Shown: one piece after another, positions 1 to 9,935 of the stretch
Layout: the number at the start of each line of letters is the position of its first letter
Position numbering within the stretch: position 1 is the first letter of the stretch
IMG/VR virus record: IMGVR_UViG_3300031555_004294
Location: 128,001 to 192,000 of that record
Strand: one strand, 5' to 3'
Length of the DNA stretch: 64,000 bases
Source of the DNA: a virus
Lineage: Duplodnaviria > Caudoviricetes
Notes under the pieces: model-generated
Seen by the model: only the letters and a program-made list of their open reading frames with translations
What the model was told of the DNA's origin: nothing
Database searches by the model: none
Position numbers and translations under genes: made by a program

Positions 1-707
1 TTGGTTTGAATTACATATGGAATGATGTTTCCATCGAGGTCTGCCTTTAAAGCAATTGTAGAAATAATTTCTTTAAACTGCTTTCTGTTAATACCAGTCT
101 TTGCATTAAAATAAGGTTTGAAACAAGTATCTTCAGTTTCAAGAATGTTCATAAGCTCATCAAATTCTTTATTAACAAACTCTTCAATCTCAGAAAAGTC
201 TAATCCACTAGGTACTTCTTCATTTACAAGTTCTTTAAATCTATCATTCTCGCTATAAAGATTTACTAAGTCATGTAAAGATAAAGTACTACCAGAATAA
301 ACATTAAACTTTCCAGAAAGGTCAGAAAGGTGGTTAATGGAATTCTTGATAGAAATATTTAGTTCATCTAAATATCCCTTTTTCTCAATTTCTAAATCGA
401 CAAAATATTTGATTACATCATTGAAATAATTGATGACTGTATTTTTATTAAAGTTTTTGATCTTATCAAGTATGATAAACCTGTTTTCTGGTATAATTTT
501 CTGATCTACAAATGGTATCAACAGTATCATCTGTGTGATTAGATTAGCCATTGTACCTTCATAAACTTCACCATTTAAAGAAAAAGTAATGTTTATTTTT
601 CTTCTCTTGTAGTCATCTAATATTTTAGATTCATACAATTCTAGCTTCTTATAAAATTCCTGCTTATCTTCAATTAGACCATTTAAGTTTATAGTCTTCT
701 TTGCCAT
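1..707 (-). CDS. rpoC: RNA polymerase beta' subunit, C-terminal half (probably non-virion RNAP); runs off window edge
   Basis: Not in ORF track. ATG at 707 with GAGGAGG RBS; open frame MAKKTINLNG...KADLDGNIIPYVIQT matches the beta' 'KPDxxGxIIPxPI' region; early-type promoter upstream. Confidence 0.7.
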   Translation of the reverse strand, partial: MAKKTINLNGLIEDKQEFYKKLELYESKILDDYKRRKINITFSLNGEVYEGTMANLITQMILLIPFVDQKIIPENRFIILDKIKNFNKNTVINYFNDVIKYFVDLEIEKKGYLDELNISIKNSINHLSDLSGKFNVYSGSTLSLHDLVNLYSENDRFKELVNEEVPSGLDFSEIEEFVNKEFDELMNILETEDTCFKPYFNAKTGINRKQFKEIISTIALKADLDGNIIPYVIQT

Positions 708-770
708 AATGCAAAATTTCCTCCTCTTCCTCTATTATAATTTCCTACAAAAATGTATTTGTATCAAAGT

Positions 771-782
771 CATAATATATAG
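771..782 (-). promoter_or_regulatory. early-type promoter motif (CTATATATTATG)
   Basis: Member of recurrent TATATATTMT motif; resembles phiKZ/AR9 early promoters. Confidence 0.55.
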
Positions 783-795
783 ATGAAACTTAAAT

Positions 796-837
796 AAAAA
801 ATCATACTAACTGGTAAATAATCCAGTTAGTATGATT
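796..837 (-). terminator. intrinsic terminator
   Basis: 15-bp stem AATCATACTAACTGG/CCAGTTAGTATGATT with U-tract on minus strand. Confidence 0.75.
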
Positions 838-877
838 GTGTTTTTAGATTTATTTTTCTATAAAAATAGAAGAGTTA

Positions 878-1375
878 TTACTTCTTTTCAGAGTCCTTTA
901 AAACCTTGGGCTTAAGAGCATTATCCTTAGTCTTGGTTCCAGATACACCCTCTTTAGGTGCCTTAACGATAGTCTGAGAAGTCTTCTTAGCAGCCTTAAG
1001 AGCAGCCTTAGCAGTTCTAGTAGCCTTGCTAGCATACTGCTTATTAATCTTAGCGATTAGCTTCTTACGGAGACGAGAAACCTTAACAAGCTTCTGATAG
1101 TCAGCACTCTTAGCAGCACGAGCAGCAGAAAGAGCAGCCATAGTCTTAGTTAAGTTAAAGTACTGATCTCTACTCATAACACGTTGTTTGTTAGTCATCT
1201 TATTAGTGGAGACAGTAGCTTCAGTGTATACGGAATATTCATCACCAAGATCAGCATAACCGCTTTCACGGAGCCATTCTACGATCATATCAAAATCTTC
1301 CTGTATAATCATTTCATTTTCAACCTCTTCAGGAGTTTGATTTTCATTTAGATTCTTGTATTCATCAAGTAACAT
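878..1375 (-). CDS. late protein, acidic N-terminus and Lys/Ala-rich C-terminus; possible internal head protein
   Basis: ORF, RBS, late promoter, high-expression codon bias, several L/I/Y-x-E motifs. Confidence 0.6.
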   Translation of the reverse strand: MLLDEYKNLNENQTPEEVENEMIIQEDFDMIVEWLRESGYADLGDEYSVYTEATVSTNKMTNKQRVMSRDQYFNLTKTMAALSAARAAKSADYQKLVKVSRLRKKLIAKINKQYASKATRTAKAALKAAKKTSQTIVKAPKEGVSGTKTKDNALKPKVLKDSEKK

Positions 1376-1424
1376 TTTATATCACCTTTCCTTTTTAGAT
1401 TTTTAAATTTAAATAGTTTTACTT

Positions 1425-1436
1425 TATTAGATTGTT
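1425..1436 (-). promoter_or_regulatory. late-type promoter AACA-N6-TA
   Basis: AACAATCTAATA ~50 nt upstream of start. Confidence 0.65.
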
Positions 1437-1497
1437 GTTTCTAAAAATATTAAAAATTTTGTATGTTCCTGTTTACTTTTATCTCTAGAAACCTGAA

Positions 1498-1950
1498 TTA
1501 TTTGGAAATAGCTGTAAAGATATCCATGAATTCTTGTAAAGGCTGTTTTTCAGTAAGAATTGCTTTTTTATTCTTTTCTACTTTTTCCTTTTGTTCATCG
1601 CTAGTAGTATCTGGAATGATAGAAGCGTCATCATTTTCTTCATCAAGCATGTTAGCTGATGCATTTTGAACGCCAGCTGTATTAGCTTGTGTTTGTTTAG
1701 CAAATTTCTTTTCTCGACTTGCTAGTTTCATTCCATCTGCTTTTGCAGTAGCTACATCTTTCATACCGCCTGCTATTTCTTTAACGCCTTCTTTAACTTC
1801 TTTTCCGCCAGCTTTTACTCTAGCTTTGCCATTTTCTATTCTACCTTTTGCTGCTGCCATTGCGTCGTTATTAAGTTGTTTAGCGTTATCTATATTTTCT
1901 TGAGAATCTGCAACTTCTTCCTCATATAAGTAGATCCATTTTTTTGCCAC
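1498..1950 (-). CDS. hypothetical protein (possible virion protein)
   Basis: ORF with AGGAG RBS. Confidence 0.6.
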   Translation of the reverse strand: MAKKWIYLYEEEVADSQENIDNAKQLNNDAMAAAKGRIENGKARVKAGGKEVKEGVKEIAGGMKDVATAKADGMKLASREKKFAKQTQANTAGVQNASANMLDEENDDASIIPDTTSDEQKEKVEKNKKAILTEKQPLQEFMDIFTAISK

Positions 1951-2005
1951 TTTACTGCACTCCTTTCCATTATAAATTTTTGTACAATTTTAATCACACC
2001 TTTAT

Positions 2006-2017
2006 CTATATATAATT
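2006..2017 (+). promoter_or_regulatory. early-type promoter motif
   Basis: CTATATATAATT upstream of the 2062-8871 gene run. Confidence 0.5.
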
Positions 2018-2061
2018 GTTTTGAAAATATTTTACTAACACAAGAAAGGAAGAAAGTAAAA

Positions 2062-2562
2062 ATGGAGAAAAAAGTTATTTGGTCTAATTGTGATTTAAAA
2101 CTTGATGATTGGATTGATTGTTTTAAAGAAACAAACCCTGATTTAACTGAAGAAGAGTACTTACAAATGATGTATGAAGCTAACGATGGTAACTTAGATT
2201 TTGTAAGAGATGATTTAGATAAGGTAGTAGCTGATAGTATTTTAGTTATTGCAGATATAGGTAGATGGAATGGTCGAGTTATGGGATACAAAGTTATAGA
2301 AAGTGGAAATCTTGCTGATTGTTTATATTCTGACTGTGATATGGCTGAATGGTATATTGATGAAGAAAATGAGTTTAAAGGACATTTTGTTCATCATGAT
2401 GGTCGTAATAATTGTTACTACAGAATCTGGAAAGATGACATAGAAGATGAAAACAAAGAAGAACTGTTAAATTTGATTTACAATGGTAAAGCAACTCAAG
2501 AAGATATAGACAATTTAACTGAAAAATTAGGTGACACAATTAGTAAAATTTATGGTTGGTGA
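2062..2562 (+). CDS. hypothetical acidic protein
   Basis: ORF with RBS. Confidence 0.75.
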   Translation: MEKKVIWSNCDLKLDDWIDCFKETNPDLTEEEYLQMMYEANDGNLDFVRDDLDKVVADSILVIADIGRWNGRVMGYKVIESGNLADCLYSDCDMAEWYIDEENEFKGHFVHHDGRNNCYYRIWKDDIEDENKEELLNLIYNGKATQEDIDNLTEKLGDTISKIYGW

Positions 2563-2569
2563 TTTGAAA

Positions 2570-2920
2570 ATGACAAATGATGAAATTGTAAAACACTTTA
2601 TATTTGATTTGGAAATGGAAAGATTTAATAGAACTACAAAAACAATCTTTCTATCATTTTCAAATGTACTTGGATTTAAACTTGTAAAAGAAAGAACTTA
2701 TAAAATTGATGTTGATTTAGTAAGGAAATTTCTAAAAGTTGTTTTAAAAGCTGGATTTACATTTCCTCTAAATGCTAAAACATATGTTTCTGATGATAGA
2801 GAAGAAATAATCTTGGATTTAGAACTCAAAAAAATTTATATTTTGAGAGAAGGAACTATTTGTTGTAAAAATTACATTCCAGAATATGTAGAGGAGTACA
2901 AATTAGAAAATGACGAATGA
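2570..2920 (+). CDS. MTNEE family paralog 1
   Basis: Start moved to MTNDEIVKHFIFDL; ends IPEYVEEY. Confidence 0.8.
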   Translation: MTNDEIVKHFIFDLEMERFNRTTKTIFLSFSNVLGFKLVKERTYKIDVDLVRKFLKVVLKAGFTFPLNAKTYVSDDREEIILDLELKKIYILREGTICCKNYIPEYVEEYKLENDE

Positions 2921-3257
2921 AGAAATTAGAAAAAAATTTTTGTTTGATTTAACAATGGGAAGATTTGAAAGAATTATTACTGACCAAATTATATTTTATG
3001 GACCATATCTTGAAACTTTCCAATTGGCAATGGTGTTAATTGACCTTGGATTTGAAAATGCAGAGTATGAAGATAAACTTAAGCGAAATAATTTCATACT
3101 TCTGGATAGAACAGAAATTCGTATATTTACTGAAACTAAAAGTTTTCACACTTATTGGATACCTAGCAGTATTGGTAATAGCAATCCTATAAATCAACAA
3201 ATACCAGATTATGTAAAAAAATATAAAATAACGGATAGTAGAGTTCTAATTACCTAA
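2910..3257 (+). CDS. MTNEE family paralog 2
   Basis: MTNEEIRKKFLFDL...IPDYVKKY. Confidence 0.85.
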   Translation: MTNEEIRKKFLFDLTMGRFERIITDQIIFYGPYLETFQLAMVLIDLGFENAEYEDKLKRNNFILLDRTEIRIFTETKSFHTYWIPSSIGNSNPINQQIPDYVKKYKITDSRVLIT

Positions 3258-3276
3258 AGGAGTAAGAATTTAGAAA

Positions 3277-3600
3277 ATGACGAATGAAGAAATTAGAAAG
3301 AGATTTGAATTTGACTTAAAAATGGGAAGATTTAAAGTTTCTCCAGATTCAGTACATTTAGGTTTGTTAACATCTAAAAATCAAGATGCATGTAATAGGC
3401 TGTTTAAGTTATTGACTGATATAGGAAAAACACAAATTGGACCTGGTTTTGAAGAAGAATTTGATGGTGTTTATATCTTTTCCTCATTCAAAAATAGATT
3501 TCAGTTGTTAAAATATAATGAAAAGATATTAGCTGAAGGTAAAGCTATTTTTAATGAAATTCCAGATTATATCAAGGAGTACAAAATAAATGACGAATGA
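3277..3600 (+). CDS. MTNEE family paralog 3
   Basis: MTNEEIRKRFEFDL...IPDYIKEY. Confidence 0.85.
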   Translation: MTNEEIRKRFEFDLKMGRFKVSPDSVHLGLLTSKNQDACNRLFKLLTDIGKTQIGPGFEEEFDGVYIFSSFKNRFQLLKYNEKILAEGKAIFNEIPDYIKEYKINDE

Positions 3601-3910
3601 AGAAATTAGAAAAAGGTTTCAATTTGATTTGGAAGTAGGAGTCTTTAAGAAAATTGAATTTGAAACTTATTTTTTAATAAAACGAAAAGACCTATGTTTT
3701 ATCGATTTCTTAATTGATATAGGTTACTTTTTTACATTTTTACCAAGTGCAGATGCATTAATAAATCAATCTATTAGGGAAACAAATGAAGTTTGTATGG
3801 TGCTAAATGAAGCTACTAAAGAAATAAACCCAACACTATGGAGATTTAAAGAATACTTTAATGATGTACCAGATTATATCAAGGAGTACAAAATAAAAAA
3901 TGACGAATGA
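3590..3910 (+). CDS. MTNEE family paralog 4
   Basis: conserved termini, overlapping start/stop. Confidence 0.85.
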   Translation: MTNEEIRKRFQFDLEVGVFKKIEFETYFLIKRKDLCFIDFLIDIGYFFTFLPSADALINQSIRETNEVCMVLNEATKEINPTLWRFKEYFNDVPDYIKEYKIKNDE

Positions 3911-4229
3911 GAATGAAGAAAAAAGATTCCAATTTGATTTGGATCTGGAAATAAAGTACAAAACTAAGTATACTAAGAACCACAAAATAGTATATTTCGT
4001 TTTGGACGATTCTGATTCTTATCCTTTCTTAATAGAATTAAGAAATGTTTTAAAAAGGTTAGGATACAAAAAGAAAGGTGGCTATGTGAAAAATAGCAAC
4101 GCTTTAAAGTTATATCTTAAGACAAGAAGATATGAAGAAGTGTATTCTGCACCAGATTTTAAGTCCATAACTTCACCTAAGAATCGATTTCCAGATTTTA
4201 TTAAGGAGCGTGTTTTAAATGACGAATGA
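3900..4229 (+). CDS. MTNEE family paralog 5
   Basis: conserved termini. Confidence 0.85.
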   Translation: MTNENEEKRFQFDLDLEIKYKTKYTKNHKIVYFVLDDSDSYPFLIELRNVLKRLGYKKKGGYVKNSNALKLYLKTRRYEEVYSAPDFKSITSPKNRFPDFIKERVLNDE

Positions 4230-4533
4230 AGAAATTAGAAAAAGATTTGAATTCGATACAGAATTTTTATTTAAAAATAGCAACTTAGATGAAATGTACT
4301 TTGTTTGTCCTATAAATAAAATAGGAAAATTTTTATATTTTTTAGAACATGATCTTGGATATAAAAGGAAAAATGCCATTTTTCCAAGGGGTTACAGAAT
4401 GAATGTAATTTATTTGGCAGTTTGTACAAAGTCTAAGTGTCTTATTAGATTTGAAGATTACGTAGATGGCTCTATTAGACTAAATCCAGTACCAGAGTAT
4501 ATTAAGGAGTATGAAATAAACTATGACGAATGA
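4219..4533 (+). CDS. MTNEE family paralog 6
   Basis: conserved termini. Confidence 0.85.
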   Translation: MTNEEIRKRFEFDTEFLFKNSNLDEMYFVCPINKIGKFLYFLEHDLGYKRKNAIFPRGYRMNVIYLAVCTKSKCLIRFEDYVDGSIRLNPVPEYIKEYEINYDE

Positions 4534-4852
4534 AGAAATCAGAAAAAGATTTAAATTTGACATTGAAATGGGTGTATTTGAAATAAACAAAAGTATACTT
4601 TGTTACACATTCAATGATAGCACGGAAAGTTGTCTTAAATTAAGAAAACTACTACTTGATATTGGAATGAAAGAATTGGAAAGATTTAGAAAACATAAAG
4701 ATGATGAAATTTGTACGGTACTGTTCTATGTTATAAATCCTGAAAGTTCTGATGATTCATGGAATAATACATTTGATACTTTTCAATATCGTGATGATGT
4801 CTATAGAAATAACAAAATTCCAGATTACGTCAAGGAGTATGTTATAGAATGA
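4523..4852 (+). CDS. MTNEE family paralog 7
   Basis: conserved termini. Confidence 0.85.
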   Translation: MTNEEIRKRFKFDIEMGVFEINKSILCYTFNDSTESCLKLRKLLLDIGMKELERFRKHKDDEICTVLFYVINPESSDDSWNNTFDTFQYRDDVYRNNKIPDYVKEYVIE

Positions 4853-5163
4853 CAAATGAAGAAATTAGAAAGAGATTTAAATTTGACTTAGAAATAGGAA
4901 TGTTCAAAAAAGACTATCCATTTGAAAGTATTACATTTCATGGGTATTATAAAGAAACTGCAAAATTAATAAAATTGCTTATTGATAGTGGCTATGAAGG
5001 GATAATTGCTAATAACTTAGAAAATAAGCATAATGGAGAACTTTATAGAACACAAATAGATGTTTCTAATAAAAAAATTTTAGCAATATATTGGACGTTG
5101 ACAGAAAATTATAATCTTCTTCCAGATTATATCAAGGAGTATGAAATAAACTATGACGAATGA
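4849..5163 (+). CDS. MTNEE family paralog 8
   Basis: conserved termini. Confidence 0.85.
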   Translation: MTNEEIRKRFKFDLEIGMFKKDYPFESITFHGYYKETAKLIKLLIDSGYEGIIANNLENKHNGELYRTQIDVSNKKILAIYWTLTENYNLLPDYIKEYEINYDE

Positions 5164-5467
5164 AGAAATCAGAAAAAGATTTGAATTTGATATGAACATT
5201 GGTCTATTTTTACTAGACTCCAGTAATTTTATTACTGAAAAAACTTTGTTTAAATGCAGTTGGAATAGAAAACTTGCAACAAAGTTCTTAGAAATGCTTA
5301 GTGATAGTGGTTATAGTTTATCTCGGTATTACAAAGATTCAATCATCACCCTCTATGATAATCCTGTTATCGCACTAGATCAGATTAGCAAAATACATTC
5401 AATTATTGAGGATTTTGATGGAACTATATTGAACGAAATACCAGACTATATCAAGGAGTACAAATAG
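5153..5467 (+). CDS. MTNEE family paralog 9
   Basis: conserved termini. Confidence 0.85.
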   Translation: MTNEEIRKRFEFDMNIGLFLLDSSNFITEKTLFKCSWNRKLATKFLEMLSDSGYSLSRYYKDSIITLYDNPVIALDQISKIHSIIEDFDGTILNEIPDYIKEYK

Positions 5468-5758
5468 ATGACGAATGAAGAAATTAGAAAAAGATTTGAG
5501 TTTGATAGCAAATTTAGTTTTAAGACTTACCCAAATTTTGCTTTCTTTAAAATTGACACTAAAACACCTATTACTAATAGATTTCTTGCAGTTTTACATG
5601 ACAATGGTTATACAGGAAAAGGTACTGTCAATAATACACATTTGTACTTAGTAATTGATTTTAGAGACAAAAAATTCTTAGGTATTGTAAGTGTTGATAA
5701 TGAAAATGTACTTATATACAATCAGATTCCAGATTATATCAGGGAATATAAAATATGA
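5468..5758 (+). CDS. MTNEE family paralog 10
   Basis: conserved termini. Confidence 0.85.
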   Translation: MTNEEIRKRFEFDSKFSFKTYPNFAFFKIDTKTPITNRFLAVLHDNGYTGKGTVNNTHLYLVIDFRDKKFLGIVSVDNENVLIYNQIPDYIREYKI

Positions 5759-6105
5759 CGAATGAAGAAATTGAAAGAAAATTTGAGTTTGAATTAAGTA
5801 TAGGTCTCTTTAAGCATTCTATTAGATATCCAGATGAAATTCTTTTCAAAAGGGGTAGTAGAACCTACAAACTTCTTAAGTTGCTTACTAACATAGGTTT
5901 TGTTAGTGATGAAGATTCACTTTTAACTTTATGTAAGGAATCATATATAAAGGAACTTCTTGAAAGTAGAAATGGAGTTTATCTAGAAATAAGCATGAAG
6001 GACAGAATTGTAGATATAGATACAAATTGGAATTACTTGAATCCGATAACTCAGACTACGGATTTTAACGAAATACCAAGGTATGTAAAGGATTATCAAA
6101 TATGA
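5755..6105 (+). CDS. MTNEE family paralog 11
   Basis: conserved termini. Confidence 0.85.
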   Translation: MTNEEIERKFEFELSIGLFKHSIRYPDEILFKRGSRTYKLLKLLTNIGFVSDEDSLLTLCKESYIKELLESRNGVYLEISMKDRIVDIDTNWNYLNPITQTTDFNEIPRYVKDYQI

Positions 6106-6509
6106 CGAATGAAGAAATTAGAAAAAGATTTGAGTTTGACTTAAAGATGGGTTTATTTAAAAATAGGAGTCGTTTTGCTGGAGGAGAATTTAGATTCTGT
6201 GGCTACCTTGAAGATTCTATTAAATTTTTAAATTTACTTATCGATAGTGGTTATTTGTGCTCAATGTCAGAAGATACGTTTAAAAACATGATAAGAACAT
6301 ACAATTCCGCTGATACTGAAAAACTGTGTAAAATAGATATAGTCCCTTCAGATAAAATAGTTTTATCAGTCAATAGGAGTTTTGAAAAAGAAGATAATCC
6401 ATTTCCAGATTACATTAAGGAATACAAAGTATCGTTAAATAACTTACAAAGGAAAGTAATTAGATTTAAAAACCTGACAAAAGAGAAGAAATACAATTAT
6501 GACGAATGA
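6102..6509 (+). CDS. MTNEE family paralog 12
   Basis: conserved termini. Confidence 0.85.
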   Translation: MTNEEIRKRFEFDLKMGLFKNRSRFAGGEFRFCGYLEDSIKFLNLLIDSGYLCSMSEDTFKNMIRTYNSADTEKLCKIDIVPSDKIVLSVNRSFEKEDNPFPDYIKEYKVSLNNLQRKVIRFKNLTKEKKYNYDE

Positions 6510-6894
6510 AGAAATTAAAAAAAGATTTGAATTTGACTTAAAGATAGGTTTATTCAGGGAAGATATACTAGGATACGGTAAAAATAATGTAGTTACGTTT
6601 TATGATTACTATCGTAATTCTACTAAACTTCTGAAATTACTTATTGACTGTGGGTTTCTTTTTAGTAAACCTCCCACTCAATTAAATTTACCAGATCCAG
6701 ATATAGTAGAATGTACAACTGCTAAAGATCTTCTGTTTAAAATTACTATAAAACCAACTGATAAGTTAATCCTTGATACTCACTGGATTCTTAGACAACC
6801 ATTTAGTAGTAATCCACTACCAGAGTTTGTAAAAGATTATGAAATTCCAAAAAATTTTAATTTTGAAACTCTAATTCAAAAAAGTTCAGACTAA
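6499..6894 (+). CDS. MTNEE family paralog 13
   Basis: conserved termini. Confidence 0.85.
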   Translation: MTNEEIKKRFEFDLKIGLFREDILGYGKNNVVTFYDYYRNSTKLLKLLIDCGFLFSKPPTQLNLPDPDIVECTTAKDLLFKITIKPTDKLILDTHWILRQPFSSNPLPEFVKDYEIPKNFNFETLIQKSSD

Positions 6895-6936
6895 AAATTT
6901 ATTACACATGGAAAAGAAAGGAGATTTTAAAGCCAA

Positions 6937-8871
6937 ATGTCAATAGATCTCAGTAAAAGTACTTTTGTCAAAAATTATAGAGATGACATGCTAAGTGCAT
7001 TGAAACTATTGAAACCAGATATGACTGATGATGAACTGTTAGCAGTCATAGATGATCAGATAGCAAACAATGCAAAGTTAAATGATGAAACATGTAATGT
7101 TGCTATTAGAAACAACTATACCAAGGAAGAAAGTAGTCATACTCTATTAGAAATTTTGGATTTTTATGAAAACAAAAATCCCATTATGACTGGCTATGGA
7201 GTTATGTTTAAGCAACATGACAAAGCTATCAATTTAAATGCGGATTTTGTTAGCTGGTTGATGAGCGAGAGAAAAGTAGCTAAGAAAGCACAATTTGCTG
7301 CATTAAATGAGGGAGACTATATTAAAGAGTCTTTCTATGAAATGCTGCAGAAGACTTTTAAATTGTTGAACAACTCTTATTATGGAGCTACTGGAGAAAA
7401 GAACAGTCAGTTCTATAATCCAGTTATACCACCAAGTGTAACTTTCATGGGGTATGCTATTATTACCACTTCAATTTTAGCATTTGAAGCATTTTTAAGT
7501 AACAACATTCACTATGACAACTTTAACGACTTGTGTGTCTATGTTAAAAATTGCTTAAAGAGTACTAGAAATGATTTGAAAATTCTCAAAGTTCTTGATT
7601 CTGAAAATGTAAAGAAGAAACAAGATTTGTTAGATAACTTAAAGAGTTTGATGACTGTTTCTTTGACTAAAGATGAGAAGTCTAAGCTAAAGACTCTGAT
7701 TAATGGACTTTCCAAAGAGCAAGTTAATCGAGTTTACTATAAGAACAACTTGTATGAGTTCTTGAATAATGCAACTCAGAAGAAGTATCTAGAAAATATC
7801 TTGCAGTATGATATCATCAATCCGAATGAAGTTAATGATGACATTAAGGAAAACTTAGATAAACTTTGGGAACTATTAGAAGAATTTGTAGTTTATGACT
7901 TCCAGTATTGGAATAGAGCTGATAGAGCATTCAATATGGAAAGAGAAACTATATTGGTGGTAGATACTGACTCAAATTTCTTGTCGTTGAATCCATATAT
8001 AAAATGGGTAGAAAAGTCTATACAGCTTCCAGAATCAGACAAATTGTTCTATTCAATTCCTAACTCAGCTATCTTATTCTTGTCCAAGTTTATTCAGAAA
8101 GAACTAAACAGATTGACTGAGAATTGTAATGTTTCTGAAGTTAAGCAACCTATTATCAATATGAAGAGCGAATTTTTGTATTCTAGAGTCATGCTTAGCC
8201 GAAACAAGAAACAGTACTGCGGATTATTAGAGTTGCAGGAGGGTAATATCAAAAGGAAGGTAGACATGAAGGGTATGTCAATTAAGAAGGCAAATGTCAA
8301 TAATCGTACCAGACAAGTGTTTACCAACATGATTGAAAATAAGATACTGAAATCTGATAACATCAACATTGCAGAAATTTTAGGTATCTTTAAAGCATTT
8401 GAAGATGAAATTTATAATTCACTTCATAATGGTGAGATAACTTTCTTAACACCAGGTAAGTGTAATGAACTTGATGCTTACAAGGATCCATATAAAGTAG
8501 CTTCTGCTAGAGGTACTATGATTTGGAATCTGCTTAATCCAGATAATACTATTCAGACACCAGCTAAGGTAAATATGCTAAAGCTGAACATCAATTCCAT
8601 TGAAGATCTTGAACCAATCTATGAAACTGAGATGTTTGAGAAAATTCAAAAGTTAATTTTTGATGATGAAAGATTGGCACATTATGGAATGGCTACAATA
8701 AGTTTGCCTAAATCTGTAAATAAGATACCTGATTGGTTAATTCCATTTATCAACTATGATGACATTATTGACGACAATATTCGTGTTGGTAATATCTTAC
8801 TTGAAAGTTTAGGGATAAAGCTAATGCAATTTAACAATAAGGAATTCTATAGTACTTTCATCAGTTTTTAA
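6937..8871 (+). CDS. family B DNA polymerase, catalytic part of a split (phiKZ-type) enzyme
   Basis: KLLNNSYYGATG (motif B), VVDTDS (motif C), KKQY; no exonuclease or motif A seen. Confidence 0.85.
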   Translation: MSIDLSKSTFVKNYRDDMLSALKLLKPDMTDDELLAVIDDQIANNAKLNDETCNVAIRNNYTKEESSHTLLEILDFYENKNPIMTGYGVMFKQHDKAINLNADFVSWLMSERKVAKKAQFAALNEGDYIKESFYEMLQKTFKLLNNSYYGATGEKNSQFYNPVIPPSVTFMGYAIITTSILAFEAFLSNNIHYDNFNDLCVYVKNCLKSTRNDLKILKVLDSENVKKKQDLLDNLKSLMTVSLTKDEKSKLKTLINGLSKEQVNRVYYKNNLYEFLNNATQKKYLENILQYDIINPNEVNDDIKENLDKLWELLEEFVVYDFQYWNRADRAFNMERETILVVDTDSNFLSLNPYIKWVEKSIQLPESDKLFYSIPNSAILFLSKFIQKELNRLTENCNVSEVKQPIINMKSEFLYSRVMLSRNKKQYCGLLELQEGNIKRKVDMKGMSIKKANVNNRTRQVFTNMIENKILKSDNINIAEILGIFKAFEDEIYNSLHNGEITFLTPGKCNELDAYKDPYKVASARGTMIWNLLNPDNTIQTPAKVNMLKLNINSIEDLEPIYETEMFEKIQKLIFDDERLAHYGMATISLPKSVNKIPDWLIPFINYDDIIDDNIRVGNILLESLGIKLMQFNNKEFYSTFISF

Positions 8872-8891
8872 AAAGTTAAAACAGTTTCTAA

Positions 8892-8904
8892 ACATATATA
8901 ATTT
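8892..8904 (+). promoter_or_regulatory. early-type promoter motif
   Basis: ACATATATAATTT upstream of 8980. Confidence 0.45.
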
Positions 8905-8979
8905 CTTTAGAAACTGTTTATGACTTTTTCTACAGTAAAGTAACTAACAAAAACAAAATTTTTAAGGAGGCTAACTAAA

Positions 8980-9822
8980 ATGGCAGTTACTAACAGAAGT
9001 AACAATGATAACCAGAAAGAAAAAGTAACTTATAAGTGGGGTAACAGTGGTCCTAGCTTTTGGCAGAAGGATAACAACACTGTACTTCAGACTTCCCTAA
9101 GAAAATCTGACAAGAATAATTCGTATGAGCTTATTCTTAAGATCCAGACACTGGATAGTGATGGAAAGTTTGTTAAGTCTGAAGATGGTAATTATGACAA
9201 TGGTTACATCAATTTATCTGCAAATGAAATAGCTAAGATTGCTTACCAGCTTGAAGACATGTTCCCCACTGGCGATATGGATGCTGGTACTATCGGTGGC
9301 ATTATCATCAATCATATTTCTGCTCAGACCAATAATGGTTCTCAGCTTGAAATTGTTAGCGAGGAAGATGGTGTTTATGTCTACATTTCTTACGTACAGA
9401 ATGCTAGTGTAACAGCAGAATACAAGCATTTACTTAGCAACGATCAGACTTTGAAGTTCTATAATGCTGATGGTGAAGAAGCTGAAGAAGTTATCAACAT
9501 GGATATCGTAGCTTTCAAGAGACTCTTTAACAGTGCATATGCTGTGGTATCTGGCTTAGTTGATTCTACATTTGAATGCAATGGTTTTTCAATTAATGGT
9601 AGATCTGAATCTAAAACTGGCGGCAAAGTAGCAGGTGGTATGAATCGTAAAGTTCGTTCTACTCTTGGCTCTAAGAAGGCTGAAATGGTATCTGAAGACG
9701 ATGATGAAGAAGTAGATGAAGCACCTGCAGCTAAGAAGACTGTTGGTCGTAAGTCCTCTATTGCTAGATCTGCATCTAACATGAAGTCACTTTTAGAAGA
9801 TGACGATGAGGAGGATGACTGA
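8980..9822 (+). CDS. probable single-stranded DNA-binding protein
   Basis: next to DNA polymerase; beta-rich core and very acidic tail (LLEDDDEEDD); function inferred. Confidence 0.45.
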   Translation: MAVTNRSNNDNQKEKVTYKWGNSGPSFWQKDNNTVLQTSLRKSDKNNSYELILKIQTLDSDGKFVKSEDGNYDNGYINLSANEIAKIAYQLEDMFPTGDMDAGTIGGIIINHISAQTNNGSQLEIVSEEDGVYVYISYVQNASVTAEYKHLLSNDQTLKFYNADGEEAEEVINMDIVAFKRLFNSAYAVVSGLVDSTFECNGFSINGRSESKTGGKVAGGMNRKVRSTLGSKKAEMVSEDDDEEVDEAPAAKKTVGRKSSIARSASNMKSLLEDDDEEDD

Positions 9823-9878
9823 GGACGACGAAGATATTCCTTTCTAAATCGTTAAGCACAGTTATCTAAAAATTTTTA

Positions 9879-9910
9879 TGAGTCTGTATTTGTAACAGAA
9901 TACAGACTCA
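9879..9910 (+). terminator. stem-loop, probable terminator
   Basis: TGAGTCTGTATT/AATACAGACTCA. Confidence 0.6.
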
Positions 9911-9935
9911 ACTATTTTTGACGGAGATACAGAAC

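Larger units (their letters stand above)
2870..6545 (+). repeat. dispersed ~60-bp direct repeat spanning gene junctions (CCAGATTATATCAAGGAGTA...ATGACGAATGAAGAAATTAGAAAAAGATTTGAATTTGA)
   Basis: e.g. a 49-bp identical stretch at 4504-4552 and 5134-5182; contains RBS, stop and start. Confidence 0.85.

Noticed and set aside
2570-6894. Integron attC sites or a diversity-generating retroelement as explanation for the arrays
   Set aside because: Junction repeats are coding and not palindromic; no integrase or RT in the window; no adenine-specific TR/VR pair seen
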